Positions 15,388 to 23,823 of a DNA stretch of 24,000 nucleotides are shown piece after piece. The translations under genes were made by a program, and so were the position numbers. The stretch spans positions 1 through 24,000 of the forward strand of contig CAJPFJ010000068.1 in the NCBI GenBank assembly GCA_905339155.1. Reading direction: 5' to 3'. The DNA is from Methanosarcinales archaeon (lineage in GTDB: Archaea; Halobacteriota; Methanosarcinia; Methanosarcinales; Methanoperedenaceae). The first letter of the stretch is position 1. Each line of letters starts with the position of its first letter. Below the pieces are notes generated by a model. It ran no database searches. It was not told where the DNA came from and was given only the letters and a program-made list of their open reading frames with translations.

Positions 15388-16640
15388 GTTCCCATAGTCC
15401 AGGAATGGAGGTATTTATCCTGCTCTTTTGTCAGTGTCTCTATCTCTATACCCATAGATTCAAGCTTTAATTTTGCAACCATACTGTCCACTTCCGGAGG
15501 AACCTTATAGACCTGGTTCTCAAGAGTATCTCCCTTTTCTGATATCAATTTTACAGCAAGGGCCTGGTTCGCAAAGCTCATATCCATGACTTCAGGAGGA
15601 TGCCCGAATGCGCTGGCAAGATTCACAAGTCTTCCCTCGGCAAGAATATAGATCCGCCGTCCATCTTTCAATGCATATTCCTGTACATCGTTCTTTATCT
15701 GGCTGGCTTTCTTTGCCAATTTAGCAAGGTCAGGGATATCTATTTCAACATTAAAATGACCTGAATTGCATACGATCGCCTGGTCTTTCATTACCTGGAA
15801 GTGCTCTTTGCGAATGACTGAGATGTCTCCCGTGACCGTAATGAACAGGTCCCCGATTTTCGCCGCTTCCTTCATTGGCATGACCCTGTATCCATCCATG
15901 ACAGCTTCGAGAGCTTTTCTTGGCTCAACTTCCACGACAACCACATTACCGCCAAGACCGCGTGCACGTGAGGCAACACCGCGCCCGCACCAGCCGTATC
16001 CGGCAACAACGATTGTTTTTCCTGCGAACAGGATATTCGTGGCATTCATTATCCCGTGTAATGTGCTCTGGCCTGTTCCATATCGGTTATCGAACATCAT
16101 CTTTGTCTCAGCGTCATTAACAGCTATGACAGGATATTTAAGAGCCCCATCAGCTGCCATTGCTCGAAGCCTGATAACGCCAGTTGTGGTCTCTTCACAT
16201 CCGCCTTTAATGTTCTTAATAAGATCCTGGTGTTTGGAATGCACAAGCGCAATGGTATCCGCCCCATCATCAAGCGTCACATGCGGCTTGATCTTTAGCG
16301 CTTCTTCAAGGCATTCGTAATATTGCTTTTCGTCCATGCCTTTGATAGCATAGGTTTTTATGCCTTCCGAGGCCAGCGCAGCCGCCACGTCATCCTGCGT
16401 GCTCAGTGGATTAGAAGCAGTGAGTGCGATATTTGCACCACCTGCTTTCATGGTGTAAATAAGATTGGCTGTTTCAACCGTTACATGTAGACAAGCTACT
16501 ACGTTGATGCCTTCCAGGGGTTTTTCTTCCGCGAATTGTGCTTTTATTTTTTCAAGAACTGGCATATGTCTTCGTGCCCATTCGATCCTTTGTTTACCTT
16601 CGTCTGCGAGGTTTATGTCTTTTACTATGTAATCTTTCAT
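15384..16640 (-). CDS. ahcY: S-adenosyl-L-homocysteine hydrolase (archaeal AhcY; some methanogen homologues act on S-inosylhomocysteine)
   Basis: 418 aa with the canonical layout. Key stretches are [45 protein letters not shown], the NAD-binding [13 protein letters not shown], and [10 protein letters not shown]. Confidence 0.92.
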   Translation of the reverse strand: MKDYIVKDINLADEGKQRIEWARRHMPVLEKIKAQFAEEKPLEGINVVACLHVTVETANLIYTMKAGGANIALTASNPLSTQDDVAAALASEGIKTYAIKGMDEKQYYECLEEALKIKPHVTLDDGADTIALVHSKHQDLIKNIKGGCEETTTGVIRLRAMAADGALKYPVIAVNDAETKMMFDNRYGTGQSTLHGIMNATNILFAGKTIVVAGYGWCGRGVASRARGLGGNVVVVEVEPRKALEAVMDGYRVMPMKEAAKIGDLFITVTGDISVIRKEHFQVMKDQAIVCNSGHFNVEIDIPDLAKLAKKASQIKNDVQEYALKDGRRIYILAEGRLVNLASAFGHPPEVMDMSFANQALAVKLISEKGDTLENQVYKVPPEVDSMVAKLKLESMGIEIETLTKEQDKYLHSWTMGT

Positions 16641-16739
16641 CGAAAATCCCTTTATTTAATTCTTAAAACGGATGTAAAATGCTTTAGATGCATAATAAGG
16701 TTGTTGGTTTTTATATTTACTGCTTTTTCATCAAGAGCG

Positions 16740-16985
16740 TCAAAATGTCCATGCATACCCCTTGTTAAATTCTTTCACTTCCCCGGTCATTGCATCTATA
16801 ATAAATAACGCTGTAGTAGGCAATTCTATAGCACCAGTCTTCTCTTTAAACTCTATGCTAACCTTCCAAATATCCCCATCTTGTTTGGCGGAGTTAATTG
16901 AAAATTCTTCAATATTTAGCGCCATTTTTAAATGTTCTCTAATTCTATACTTCATATCTGCAAAGCTTAATTTTTCTGATGCCAT
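16740..16985 (-). CDS. Hypothetical small protein
   Basis: 81-aa ORF with normal composition and its own AT-rich upstream region. I recognise no motif. Confidence 0.4.
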   Translation of the reverse strand: MASEKLSFADMKYRIREHLKMALNIEEFSINSAKQDGDIWKVSIEFKEKTGAIELPTTALFIIDAMTGEVKEFNKGYAWTF

Positions 16986-17094
16986 ATTAGTGCCACATCT
17001 TATACACTGTTACGCGTATGCTTGAACCTTTATGTTATAGAGCTCGAGAAATAAATCAATTTGTTGCGCCAGTCGCTTTCTATCAATAACAGTA

Positions 17095-17409
17095 TTATTT
17101 CAAAATCTCCAGGATAGTCAGACCATTCAACCAGGTTATAGTCATCCCCATGCCTGCAACAAGCCCAAGGACGGCCCCGCATAAATGATTATCTCGTTTC
17201 TCAAGAAACATAATCAGAAAATACAGGGCTATGAAAAAGATCATCTTCATGATTACCATATCTGCAATATCAGGGCTTTCAATCACACTGATAAATCCCT
17301 TTTCCGTTACTCCATTATTCAGGCCGATATAGGTCGTTGTCAGGTCCCCAATGAAATAAAACACGAATCCGAAGATGAATAGTGCTTTGTTATCGTCATT
17401 CATTTTCAC
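17095..17409 (-). CDS. Small integral membrane protein (3 predicted TM helices)
   Basis: 104 aa with three hydrophobic segments: ALFIFGFVFYFIGDLTTTYIGL, IMKMIFFIALYFLIMFL and GAVLGLVAGMGMTITWL. The GDLTTTYIGL..G..E pattern recalls a small archaeal DUF family, but I cannot name it with certainty. Confidence 0.5.
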   Translation of the reverse strand: MKMNDDNKALFIFGFVFYFIGDLTTTYIGLNNGVTEKGFISVIESPDIADMVIMKMIFFIALYFLIMFLEKRDNHLCGAVLGLVAGMGMTITWLNGLTILEILK

Positions 17410-17502
17410 TCAATATCCAAATTAACTTATATTAACATAGCGCGATGACTGAACTGCAATGCTTATATTTACATATCGCATCTTGGTGGTCGGAGAATTT
17501 TA

Positions 17503-18402
17503 TTGACCACTACATGCACAGCCCCGGGCAAAATATACCTGTTTGGTGAGCATGCCGTGGTATATGGTGAACCAGCTATCGCCTGCGCAGTGGAGCTTCG
17601 GACAAGCGTTACCGTAAAAAGATCAAATGATATTTCCATCACATCAGAAATCGGGTCAACCGGGCTTGATTACCAGATGCATCCTTATGTTTCATCAGCT
17701 ATACAGATACTGGGTGAGCCAGACGTTTCAATAGAAATAACATCCGAGATCCCCGTTGGTTCAGGCCTTGGCTCATCTGCCGCTGTAACCGTTGCAACAC
17801 TTGAGGCTATCAATATCGAATGCAGCCTTGGATATGATAAAACCAATATTGCAAAAATGGCGCATGAGATAGAAAGGGAAGTTCAGGGAGCAGCAAGTCC
17901 TACTGATACATTTGTTTCGACTTTTGGAGGGGTTATTGTAATCCCATCCCGAAAAAAGCTTGAAATCCTTGATTGCGGTATCGTGATAGGCAATACCAAT
18001 AAAGGCGCATCTCCCAGGAAAACCGCAAAACTGGTAAAACAGGTAGCCCGGCTTAAGGAAGAATACCCTGATTCCATTGATCCCATAATCAAAACCATTG
18101 GTTCATTTGCAAGACATGGGGAGATAATGGTAATGCAAAAAAAATATGCAGCGCTGGGTAAACTGATGAATGTCAATCACGGATTGCTTGATGCTCTTGG
18201 CGTGTGCACTATGGAATTATCCGCACTTGTCTATGCTGCACGCAATTCCGGTGCATACGGGGCAAAACTGACAGGCGCCGGAGGCGGCGGCTGCATGGTA
18301 GCGCTTACTGATTCGCCCCGGCAAGTAGCTGATGCGATTGAGAAAGCCCGGGGTACGGCAATTATTTCCAGTTTTACTCCTGATGGGGTGTTACAGGTTT
18401 GA
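17503..18402 (+). CDS. mvk: Mevalonate kinase
   Basis: 299 aa. The N-terminal motif is APGKIYLFGEHAVVYGEPAIA. The GHMP ATP-binding motif is PVGSGLGSSAAVTVA. The C-terminal motif is KLTGAGGGGCMVAL. The TTG start is preceded by GGTGGTCGGAG, with a CTTATATTTA box ~32 nt upstream. Confidence 0.9.
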   Translation: MTTTCTAPGKIYLFGEHAVVYGEPAIACAVELRTSVTVKRSNDISITSEIGSTGLDYQMHPYVSSAIQILGEPDVSIEITSEIPVGSGLGSSAAVTVATLEAINIECSLGYDKTNIAKMAHEIEREVQGAASPTDTFVSTFGGVIVIPSRKKLEILDCGIVIGNTNKGASPRKTAKLVKQVARLKEEYPDSIDPIIKTIGSFARHGEIMVMQKKYAALGKLMNVNHGLLDALGVCTMELSALVYAARNSGAYGAKLTGAGGGGCMVALTDSPRQVADAIEKARGTAIISSFTPDGVLQV

Positions 18403-19166
18403 GCCTTATCATTTTGAAGATCGGTGGAAGTGTAATTACTGAAAAAGGTTCAATATCAAAAGCAAGGGAAGCTGAAATTGACCGGATATCAAATGAGATC
18501 GCTTCATTTAAAAAAGATTCGGATTCACAGCTCATCCTTGTTCATGGGGCAGGGTCATTCGGTCACCCACATGCGATGAAATACAGGTTGAGCGAAGGAT
18601 TTGATGCTTTAGGCTTATATCTTACCCATGCTTCTGTGAAACTGTTGAATTCAAAAGTTCTGGAGTCTTTGAATAATGCAGGTGCGCATGCCCTGCCAGT
18701 TCATCCTTTGAGCTCATGTCTTCTGGATAACGGGAATATAATTGATTTCCAGACCGGCCAGATAAAAGTGATGCTTGAAAAAGGCATTATTCCTGTGCTT
18801 CACGGAGATGTGGTCATGGACAGGATCAAAGGCGCTTGTGTCCTTTCGGGTGACAGGATAATCCCATATCTTGCCGTTACATTAAGCGCTTCGCAAATAG
18901 GCGCTGGAAGCGATGTTGATGGAGTACTTGATGATAAAGATGCGGTTATTAAGAAAATAACGCAGTACAGCTTTGTTGATATGAAAAAAAATATCAAGGG
19001 TTCAAGTTCAACTGACGTGACAGGGGGAATGCTCGGAAAAGTATCCGAGCTGCTGGAACTTGCCAATAAAGGAATAAGCTCACGCATATTCAATGCTTCC
19101 AGGAAAGGTGTAGTATCGAGATTTTTATATGGAGAAGATGTTGGAACTTTGATCTCAGACAAATGA
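18399..19166 (+). CDS. ipk: Isopentenyl phosphate kinase (amino-acid-kinase fold)
   Basis: 255 aa. Key motifs are ILKIGGSVITEK, LVHGAGSFGHPHA (the His motif typical of IPK), SGD and DVTGGM. The TTG start overlaps the mvk stop as TTGA. Confidence 0.88.
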   Translation: MSLIILKIGGSVITEKGSISKAREAEIDRISNEIASFKKDSDSQLILVHGAGSFGHPHAMKYRLSEGFDALGLYLTHASVKLLNSKVLESLNNAGAHALPVHPLSSCLLDNGNIIDFQTGQIKVMLEKGIIPVLHGDVVMDRIKGACVLSGDRIIPYLAVTLSASQIGAGSDVDGVLDDKDAVIKKITQYSFVDMKKNIKGSSSTDVTGGMLGKVSELLELANKGISSRIFNASRKGVVSRFLYGEDVGTLISDK

Positions 19167-19199
19167 GTTATATATAGTTGATTTAATAAGGGATATGAA

Positions 19200-20306
19200 A
19201 TGAGTACGTCGGAAAGGAAGATAGAACATTTATTATTATGCGTTGAAAAAGATGTTGAAGCGCATAAGAGTAATACTGGTCTTCGGGCATCAGGTTTTGA
19301 TGATATAGACCTTGTTCATGATTGTCTTCCGGAAATAAATAAAAAGAATCTTAATCTTGAAACTGAATTCCTGGATAAGAAATTACGGGCGCCCATATTG
19401 ATAGCATCAATGACGGGCGGACATCCGGACACCAAAACAGTAAATGCAACGCTTGCCGGGGCAGCAGAAGAGCTTGGCATAGGTATCGGTGTGGGCAGCC
19501 AGAGAGCGGCGATCGAAGACCCTTTTATGGAGGATTCATTCAGGATAGTAAGGGATAAAGCGCCTAATGCGTTCATTTACGGAAATGTGGGTGCTGCACA
19601 ACTTAATGAATTCGGGATCGATGGACTTGAGAGGGCAGTCGAGATGATAGGGGCAGATGCCATGGCCATTCACTTGAATTTCCTGCAGGAAGCAATACAA
19701 CCTGAAGGAAATGTTGATGCCACAGGATGCCTTGCAGCCATAAAGAAAGTATGTGAGGAGCTATCTGTTCCGGTTATAGTAAAGGAAACAGGTGCGGGTA
19801 TAGCTCATTATCAGGCTCTCGCAATATCTGAAGCAGGTGCAGGCGCAATTGATATTGGAGGTCTTGGCGGAACAAGCTGGGCAGGTGTGGAAACATATCG
19901 TGCACAAAAACGAGGAGACCTATTATCCGAACATCTTGGCAAAGAATTCTGGAACTGGGGAATACCCACAGCTGTAAGTATTGTGGAATCCACCATTTCA
20001 ATACCTGTAATTGCAACAGGTGGCATACGTTCAGGCATAGATGTGGCAAAATCCATCGCACTGGGCGCATCCCTTTGCGGTATTGCATTGCCCCTTGTAG
20101 CTCCTGCTTTAAAAGGACATAAGGATGTAGTAGACAGGTTGAATCTTATTATTGAAGAATTACGAGTCGCTATGTTCTTATGCGGAAGCAGTACAATTGA
20201 AGAACTGGGCAATGTGGCTTTAGTGATCCGCGGAAGCACGAAAGAGTTCCTGGAACAGAGAGGATTTGAGACGGGTAAATTTGCAATAAAAAGATATAAT
20301 ATATAA
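19200..20306 (+). CDS. fni: Type 2 (FMN-dependent) isopentenyl-diphosphate delta-isomerase
   Basis: 368 aa. Key motifs are RKIEHL, SMTGG, GVGSQR, VKETGAG, GGLGGTSWA and ATGGIRSGIDVAKSIALGA, all typical of IDI-2. Confidence 0.92.
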   Translation: MSTSERKIEHLLLCVEKDVEAHKSNTGLRASGFDDIDLVHDCLPEINKKNLNLETEFLDKKLRAPILIASMTGGHPDTKTVNATLAGAAEELGIGIGVGSQRAAIEDPFMEDSFRIVRDKAPNAFIYGNVGAAQLNEFGIDGLERAVEMIGADAMAIHLNFLQEAIQPEGNVDATGCLAAIKKVCEELSVPVIVKETGAGIAHYQALAISEAGAGAIDIGGLGGTSWAGVETYRAQKRGDLLSEHLGKEFWNWGIPTAVSIVESTISIPVIATGGIRSGIDVAKSIALGASLCGIALPLVAPALKGHKDVVDRLNLIIEELRVAMFLCGSSTIEELGNVALVIRGSTKEFLEQRGFETGKFAIKRYNI

Positions 20307-20350
20307 AATAATAAAATATCTAATAAAATAATAATTATGGAGTAATTTAA

Positions 20351-21688
20351 ATGACAGAAATAGGAATTATTGCGGTTGGCGGCTATAATGAAATGGGCCG
20401 GAACATGACCGGGGTAAGGGTAGGTAGTGACATTATTGTCCTTGATATGGGACTACAGCTGGACAGGGTCCAGATACATGAAGATGTCGAAATAGACAAA
20501 ATGCATTCAATGGACCTTATAAAAATGGGAGCAATCCCGGATGATACTATCATGAAGGACGCAGGGGGAAGCGTAAAAGCTATAATATGCACACACGGTC
20601 ATCTTGACCATATCGGGGCCATACCAAAGCTCGCCCACAGGTATAAGGCGCCCATAATAGCCACGCCATACACCGCAGAGCTTGTCAAGCATGAAATATC
20701 AGATGAAAAGAAATTCAGAGTAAATAATGAAGTTATTCCCTTAAAGATCGGTGGAAGATATAATCTTACGCCGGATATCCAGATCGAATTCGTACGTATT
20801 CAGCACAGCATAGTGGATTCGGCTTTTGCAGCGATCCATACTCCCGAAGGAGTTGTTCTGTATGCCAGCGATTTCAAACTGGACAGAACCCCGACCATAG
20901 GTGAAGCCCCGGATTTCGCAAGGCTAAGAAAACTCGGTAAAGATGGCGTCAGGGCTATGATAACCGAAAGCACAAATTCAGGACTATCCGGGAAAACACC
21001 CTCAGAACAAATCGCAAAAGACCTGGTCCGCGACGTACTTCTCGGTACTGAAGAAACAGAATCGGGCGTAATTATTACTACATTCTCATCACATGTTGCG
21101 CGTATCAATGCAATAATCCAGGCGGCACAGGAGATGGACAGGATCCCTGTATTGCTGGGCAGATCAATGGAACGCTATCTTTCAATAGCCCAGAAGATGG
21201 GTTATATAAAATTCCCTAAAAATCTTGAAATATATGGTAACAGGAACTCAGTTGATAAATTCCTGAAACGCATATCCCAGGAAGGAAAGAAAAATTATCT
21301 CCCTATAGTCACAGGCCACCAGGGAGAGCCGGATGCCATCCTGACAAGGATAGCAAATGGAGAAACACAATTCAGGATCGAGCCAGGAGATAAAGTCATA
21401 TTCTCTGCAAATACCATTCCCAGTCCTATGACAATGGCGAACAGGCATGTCCTTGAGATAAAACTGAAAATGGCGGGAGCTCGTATTTATGAAAATGTCC
21501 ATGTATCGGGTCATGCTTCAAAGGAAGACCACTGGGAACTACTTCGTATGGTGAATCCGGAGCAGGTCATCCCATCACATGGAAATATGGTAATGCATTC
21601 CCATTATGTTGAGCTGGCTGAAGACGCCGGATACCACTTCGGTGATACGGTTCATATCATGAGAAATGGTGAGGAACTGGTATTATGA
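20351..21688 (+). CDS. rnj: Archaeal RNase J-like ribonuclease (metallo-beta-lactamase / beta-CASP family)
   Basis: 445 aa. The MBL motif 2 is THGHLDHIGA. The N-terminus is GGYNEMGRNMT. The late His motifs are HVSGHAS and PSHG. Size and layout fit archaeal RNase J. GGAG lies 8 nt upstream of the ATG. Confidence 0.85.
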   Translation: MTEIGIIAVGGYNEMGRNMTGVRVGSDIIVLDMGLQLDRVQIHEDVEIDKMHSMDLIKMGAIPDDTIMKDAGGSVKAIICTHGHLDHIGAIPKLAHRYKAPIIATPYTAELVKHEISDEKKFRVNNEVIPLKIGGRYNLTPDIQIEFVRIQHSIVDSAFAAIHTPEGVVLYASDFKLDRTPTIGEAPDFARLRKLGKDGVRAMITESTNSGLSGKTPSEQIAKDLVRDVLLGTEETESGVIITTFSSHVARINAIIQAAQEMDRIPVLLGRSMERYLSIAQKMGYIKFPKNLEIYGNRNSVDKFLKRISQEGKKNYLPIVTGHQGEPDAILTRIANGETQFRIEPGDKVIFSANTIPSPMTMANRHVLEIKLKMAGARIYENVHVSGHASKEDHWELLRMVNPEQVIPSHGNMVMHSHYVELAEDAGYHFGDTVHIMRNGEELVL

Positions 21689-21737
21689 AAATCCCTATTA
21701 TATATGCTAAAAAAGGAGATAAACAATATGTCAATCA

Positions 21738-21757
21738 CCCTGCCCTAAAGAGCAGGG
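21738..21757. repeat. Hairpin repeat R1 (CCTGCCCTAAAGAGCAGGG)
   Basis: The 19-nt sequence at 21739-21757 is identical to 22087-22105. It is itself a stem-loop: CCCTGC at 21738-43, an 8-nt loop CCTAAAGA, and GCAGGG at 21752-57. Confidence 0.9.
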
Positions 21758-22086
21758 CTTGTCCTGTGAGGGATAAGGTAACAGGTTGACAAGGAGGCTT
21801 AGGTAAAACTATGCAGAAGTTGGAAAGAAGAAATATATACACACCTACGGGCATTCCGCACACTCGTGGCAACTGTGATCTGTCATTAAATGTAGAGGAA
21901 ACTCTCTGTGTGGCAGGTTTAAAAACATTTTCCAACAACTCCGATGCGGCTCTAACTGGTTTAGGAGAGAGTTCCAGAGCAAAACCTGCGGGTACTTGCT
22001 ACAAAAACCATCTCAACCTATTAAACAATAGAATACGAAGGCAGAGGCGTTATCCTGCAACTACTAACGCAAGGGTACGCTTCCTT

Positions 22087-22105
22087 CCTGCCCTAAAGAG
22101 CAGGG
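22087..22105. repeat. Hairpin repeat R2 (CCTGCCCTAAAGAGCAGGG)
   Basis: An exact second copy 348 nt downstream of R1. It ends 28 nt before the idsA ATG at 22134. Confidence 0.9.
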
Positions 22106-22133
22106 TATCCGCTACCTCTTGACCCCAACGATT

Positions 22134-23096
22134 ATGATCGAAGAGATCCTCCAAAAAAAAGCTAAATTGGTTGACGAATCTATCCCCAAATTCCTTCCAA
22201 TTACTCCGCCGGATGAATTATATAAAGCCATGCGCCATCTTCTTGATGCCGGAGGAAAGAGACTTCGTCCATCCGCATTGTTGCTGGCATCCGAAGCGGT
22301 GGGGGGAAAGCCCGAAGATGTTCTTCCTGCGGCAATAGCTGTTGAACTTGTACATAATTTTACACTGATACATGATGATATCATGGACGAGGCGGATTTA
22401 AGGAGGGGACTTACAACGGTTCATAAGAAATGGGGTGTTCCGAGGGCGATCATCGCAGGGGATGCCCTCTATTCAAAGGCTTTTGAGATACTTTCATGTA
22501 CAAAAAGCGAACCACAAAGACTTGTTGAAAGTCTTGAGCTATTGTCAAAGACATGCACTGATATATGCGAAGGCCAGTGGATGGATATGAATTTCCAGAC
22601 ACGCAAGGATGTTAATGAAGAAGAGTATATGCGCATGGTCGAGAAAAAAACCGCTGTACTTTTTGCATCAGCACTAAAATTAGGAGCAATGTTATCCGGA
22701 GCAAACCGTGAGCATGTCAGGGCTTTATGGGATTTTGGCAGGCTGACCGGTGTGGGATTCCAGATATATGATGATGTGATTGATCTTATCACCCCGGAGG
22801 AAGTACTTGGAAAAGCGCAGGGTGGGGACATAATGGAAGGAAAACGTACTCTTATCATCATCCATGCGCTTTCAAAAGGAGTAAGTATTGATGCTCTTGG
22901 GAAATGCAATGCAACCAGAAGCGAGATTTCCGCAGCTCTTATTACACTTCAAAAATCAGGTTCCATCGATTACGCTATGAACAAGGCGCTCGGTTTTGTG
23001 GATCAGGGCAAAGCCGCACTTGCTGTGCTTCCGGATTCAGAGGCAAAGAAGACCCTTATTGAACTTGCTGATTATATGATCGAGCGGAAGTATTAG
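22134..23096 (+). CDS. idsA: Geranylgeranyl diphosphate synthase (short-chain trans-prenyl diphosphate synthase)
   Basis: The first Asp-rich motif is LIHDDIMDEADLRRG and the second is FQIYDDVIDL. GKRLRP is also conserved. I prefer the ATG at 22134 (MIEEILQKK...) over the track's TTG at 22119. Confidence 0.88.
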   Translation: MIEEILQKKAKLVDESIPKFLPITPPDELYKAMRHLLDAGGKRLRPSALLLASEAVGGKPEDVLPAAIAVELVHNFTLIHDDIMDEADLRRGLTTVHKKWGVPRAIIAGDALYSKAFEILSCTKSEPQRLVESLELLSKTCTDICEGQWMDMNFQTRKDVNEEEYMRMVEKKTAVLFASALKLGAMLSGANREHVRALWDFGRLTGVGFQIYDDVIDLITPEEVLGKAQGGDIMEGKRTLIIIHALSKGVSIDALGKCNATRSEISAALITLQKSGSIDYAMNKALGFVDQGKAALAVLPDSEAKKTLIELADYMIERKY

Positions 23097-23100
23097 TAAT

Positions 23101-23146
23101 AAAAAATTAAAAATTATTAGATTAGCGTTTGGATATCCAGAACGCT
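23101..23146 (-). terminator. Candidate terminator for rps6e: hairpin followed by T-runs on the minus strand
   Basis: The hairpin spans 23124-23146: AGCGTT-TGG-ATAT-CCA-(G)-AACGCT. Read on the minus strand it is followed by TTTTTAATTTTTT (plus-strand 23101-23119), and oligo-T is the archaeal termination signal. It lies between the convergent idsA and rps6e genes. Confidence 0.4.
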
Positions 23147-23157
23147 ATATCTAAAGA

Positions 23158-23589
23158 TTATCTTTTGCTCTTTGGTCTTTCCTTTTCCTTCTTTGCTTCT
23201 TCGCCTTCCTTCTTAACGAAGATTTCACTCATTGGTTTTTGGCCATATTCTACGATGACAGTATTGATCTGTGAGATCTCTGATGAAATCTCATGTCCCC
23301 TCATGGATTTTCGCTTCTTTACCCCATCAGCTTTTGGAATATAACCAACGCCGCCTGCAACTAATATCTTTCGTCTTGCTGGCCCTGGTAAATCCCCTCT
23401 CATAGCGAATCCATCCTTATCGGTTCCGCCAGTCACCTTAAGAGTGTATCCTGCCATTCCTGCAATATCACCGCTTACAACTTCCCCGATTTTTTTTCCG
23501 ATCATTTTGTTGGCTGCAGGGCCTGTTACAGCTACCTGATAAGCCAATTTACTCTTACTGTCCGAAACAGTTACTCTGAAATCTGCCAT
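23158..23589 (-). CDS. rps6e: 30S ribosomal protein S6e
   Basis: 143 aa. The sequence MADFRVTVSDSKS...GYTLKVTGGTDKDGFAMRGDLPGPARRKILVAGGVGYIPKADGVKKRKSMRG is the canonical S6e pattern. AGGAG lies upstream of the ATG. Confidence 0.92.
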   Translation of the reverse strand: MADFRVTVSDSKSKLAYQVAVTGPAANKMIGKKIGEVVSGDIAGMAGYTLKVTGGTDKDGFAMRGDLPGPARRKILVAGGVGYIPKADGVKKRKSMRGHEISSEISQINTVIVEYGQKPMSEIFVKKEGEEAKKEKERPKSKR

Positions 23590-23823
23590 TACTTTTATTC
23601 TCCTGTATTAATAATAATAATTAATCCCTTTAATAGGAATATTATAATTTGACCTAACTTGCAGTTAATCTACTTAAATATATTGATACGGGCACAAACC
23701 CAAAATGAACAATTTCAGGAATTTTTGGGAAATCTATTTATAGTTAAAAATGAGTATATGTGATTAAGTATGATTATATATAGTTAAATATATGAATAAA
23801 TAGTTCAAAAATCGGGTGATATC

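Larger units (their letters stand above)
21730..22110 (+). other. Unassigned structured non-coding spacer (candidate ncRNA, long structured idsA leader, or small non-autonomous insert) bounded by R1/R2
   Basis: The 445-nt gap sits in an otherwise tightly packed operon. A TTATATATGC box at 21697-21706 precedes R1. A second hairpin follows at 21758-21793 (CTTGTC/CTGT ... ACAG/GACAAG). Three perfect 8-bp long-range complementarities are present: GTTGGAAA 21819-26 with TTTCCAAC 21929-36, AACTCTCT 21900-07 with AGAGAGTT 21966-73, and GCAGGTTT 21913-20 with AAACCTGC 21982-89. The last two have pseudoknot topology. The strand and the existence of an RNA product are not established. Confidence 0.25.

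Noticed and set aside
15766-16320. 184-aa plus-strand ORF, along with similar long antisense ORFs at 1023-1508, 1691-2230, 5341-5757, 19811-20239, 20800-21108 and 22469-22909
   Set aside because: All lie antisense to, or out of frame within, genes with strong family signatures (ahcY, IorA-like, hgcA, idi2, rnj, idsA). Their Ser/Pro/Arg/Thr-rich low-complexity translations are typical of shadow ORFs.
21739-22105. The two identical 19-nt repeats as a mini CRISPR array
   Set aside because: There are only two copies. The repeat is too short at 19 nt and the 329-nt interval is far too long for a spacer. No cas genes are present.
21730-22110. Spacer as RNase P RNA, SRP (7S) RNA or a hammerhead-type ribozyme
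   Set aside because: I read both strands and did not find GAGGAAAGUCC / ACAGAA..GGCUUA (RNase P), the GGAAGG.AGCAG helix-8 motif (SRP) or the CUGAnGA...GAAA cores. The weak resemblances (GAGAGAGTTCCAGAGC, GAGGGATAAGGTAAC) are not convincing. A covariance-model search is needed for a firm negative.
21811-22122. 103-aa plus-strand ORF filling the rnj-idsA spacer (MQKLERRNIYTPTGIPHTRGNC...)
   Set aside because: Its composition is unlike neighbouring proteins: Arg/Asn/Thr-rich with no hydrophobic core pattern. It runs across hairpin repeat R2 and into the idsA start region, and it has no recognisable motif. I treat it as a chance ORF in structured non-coding DNA, pending a homology search.
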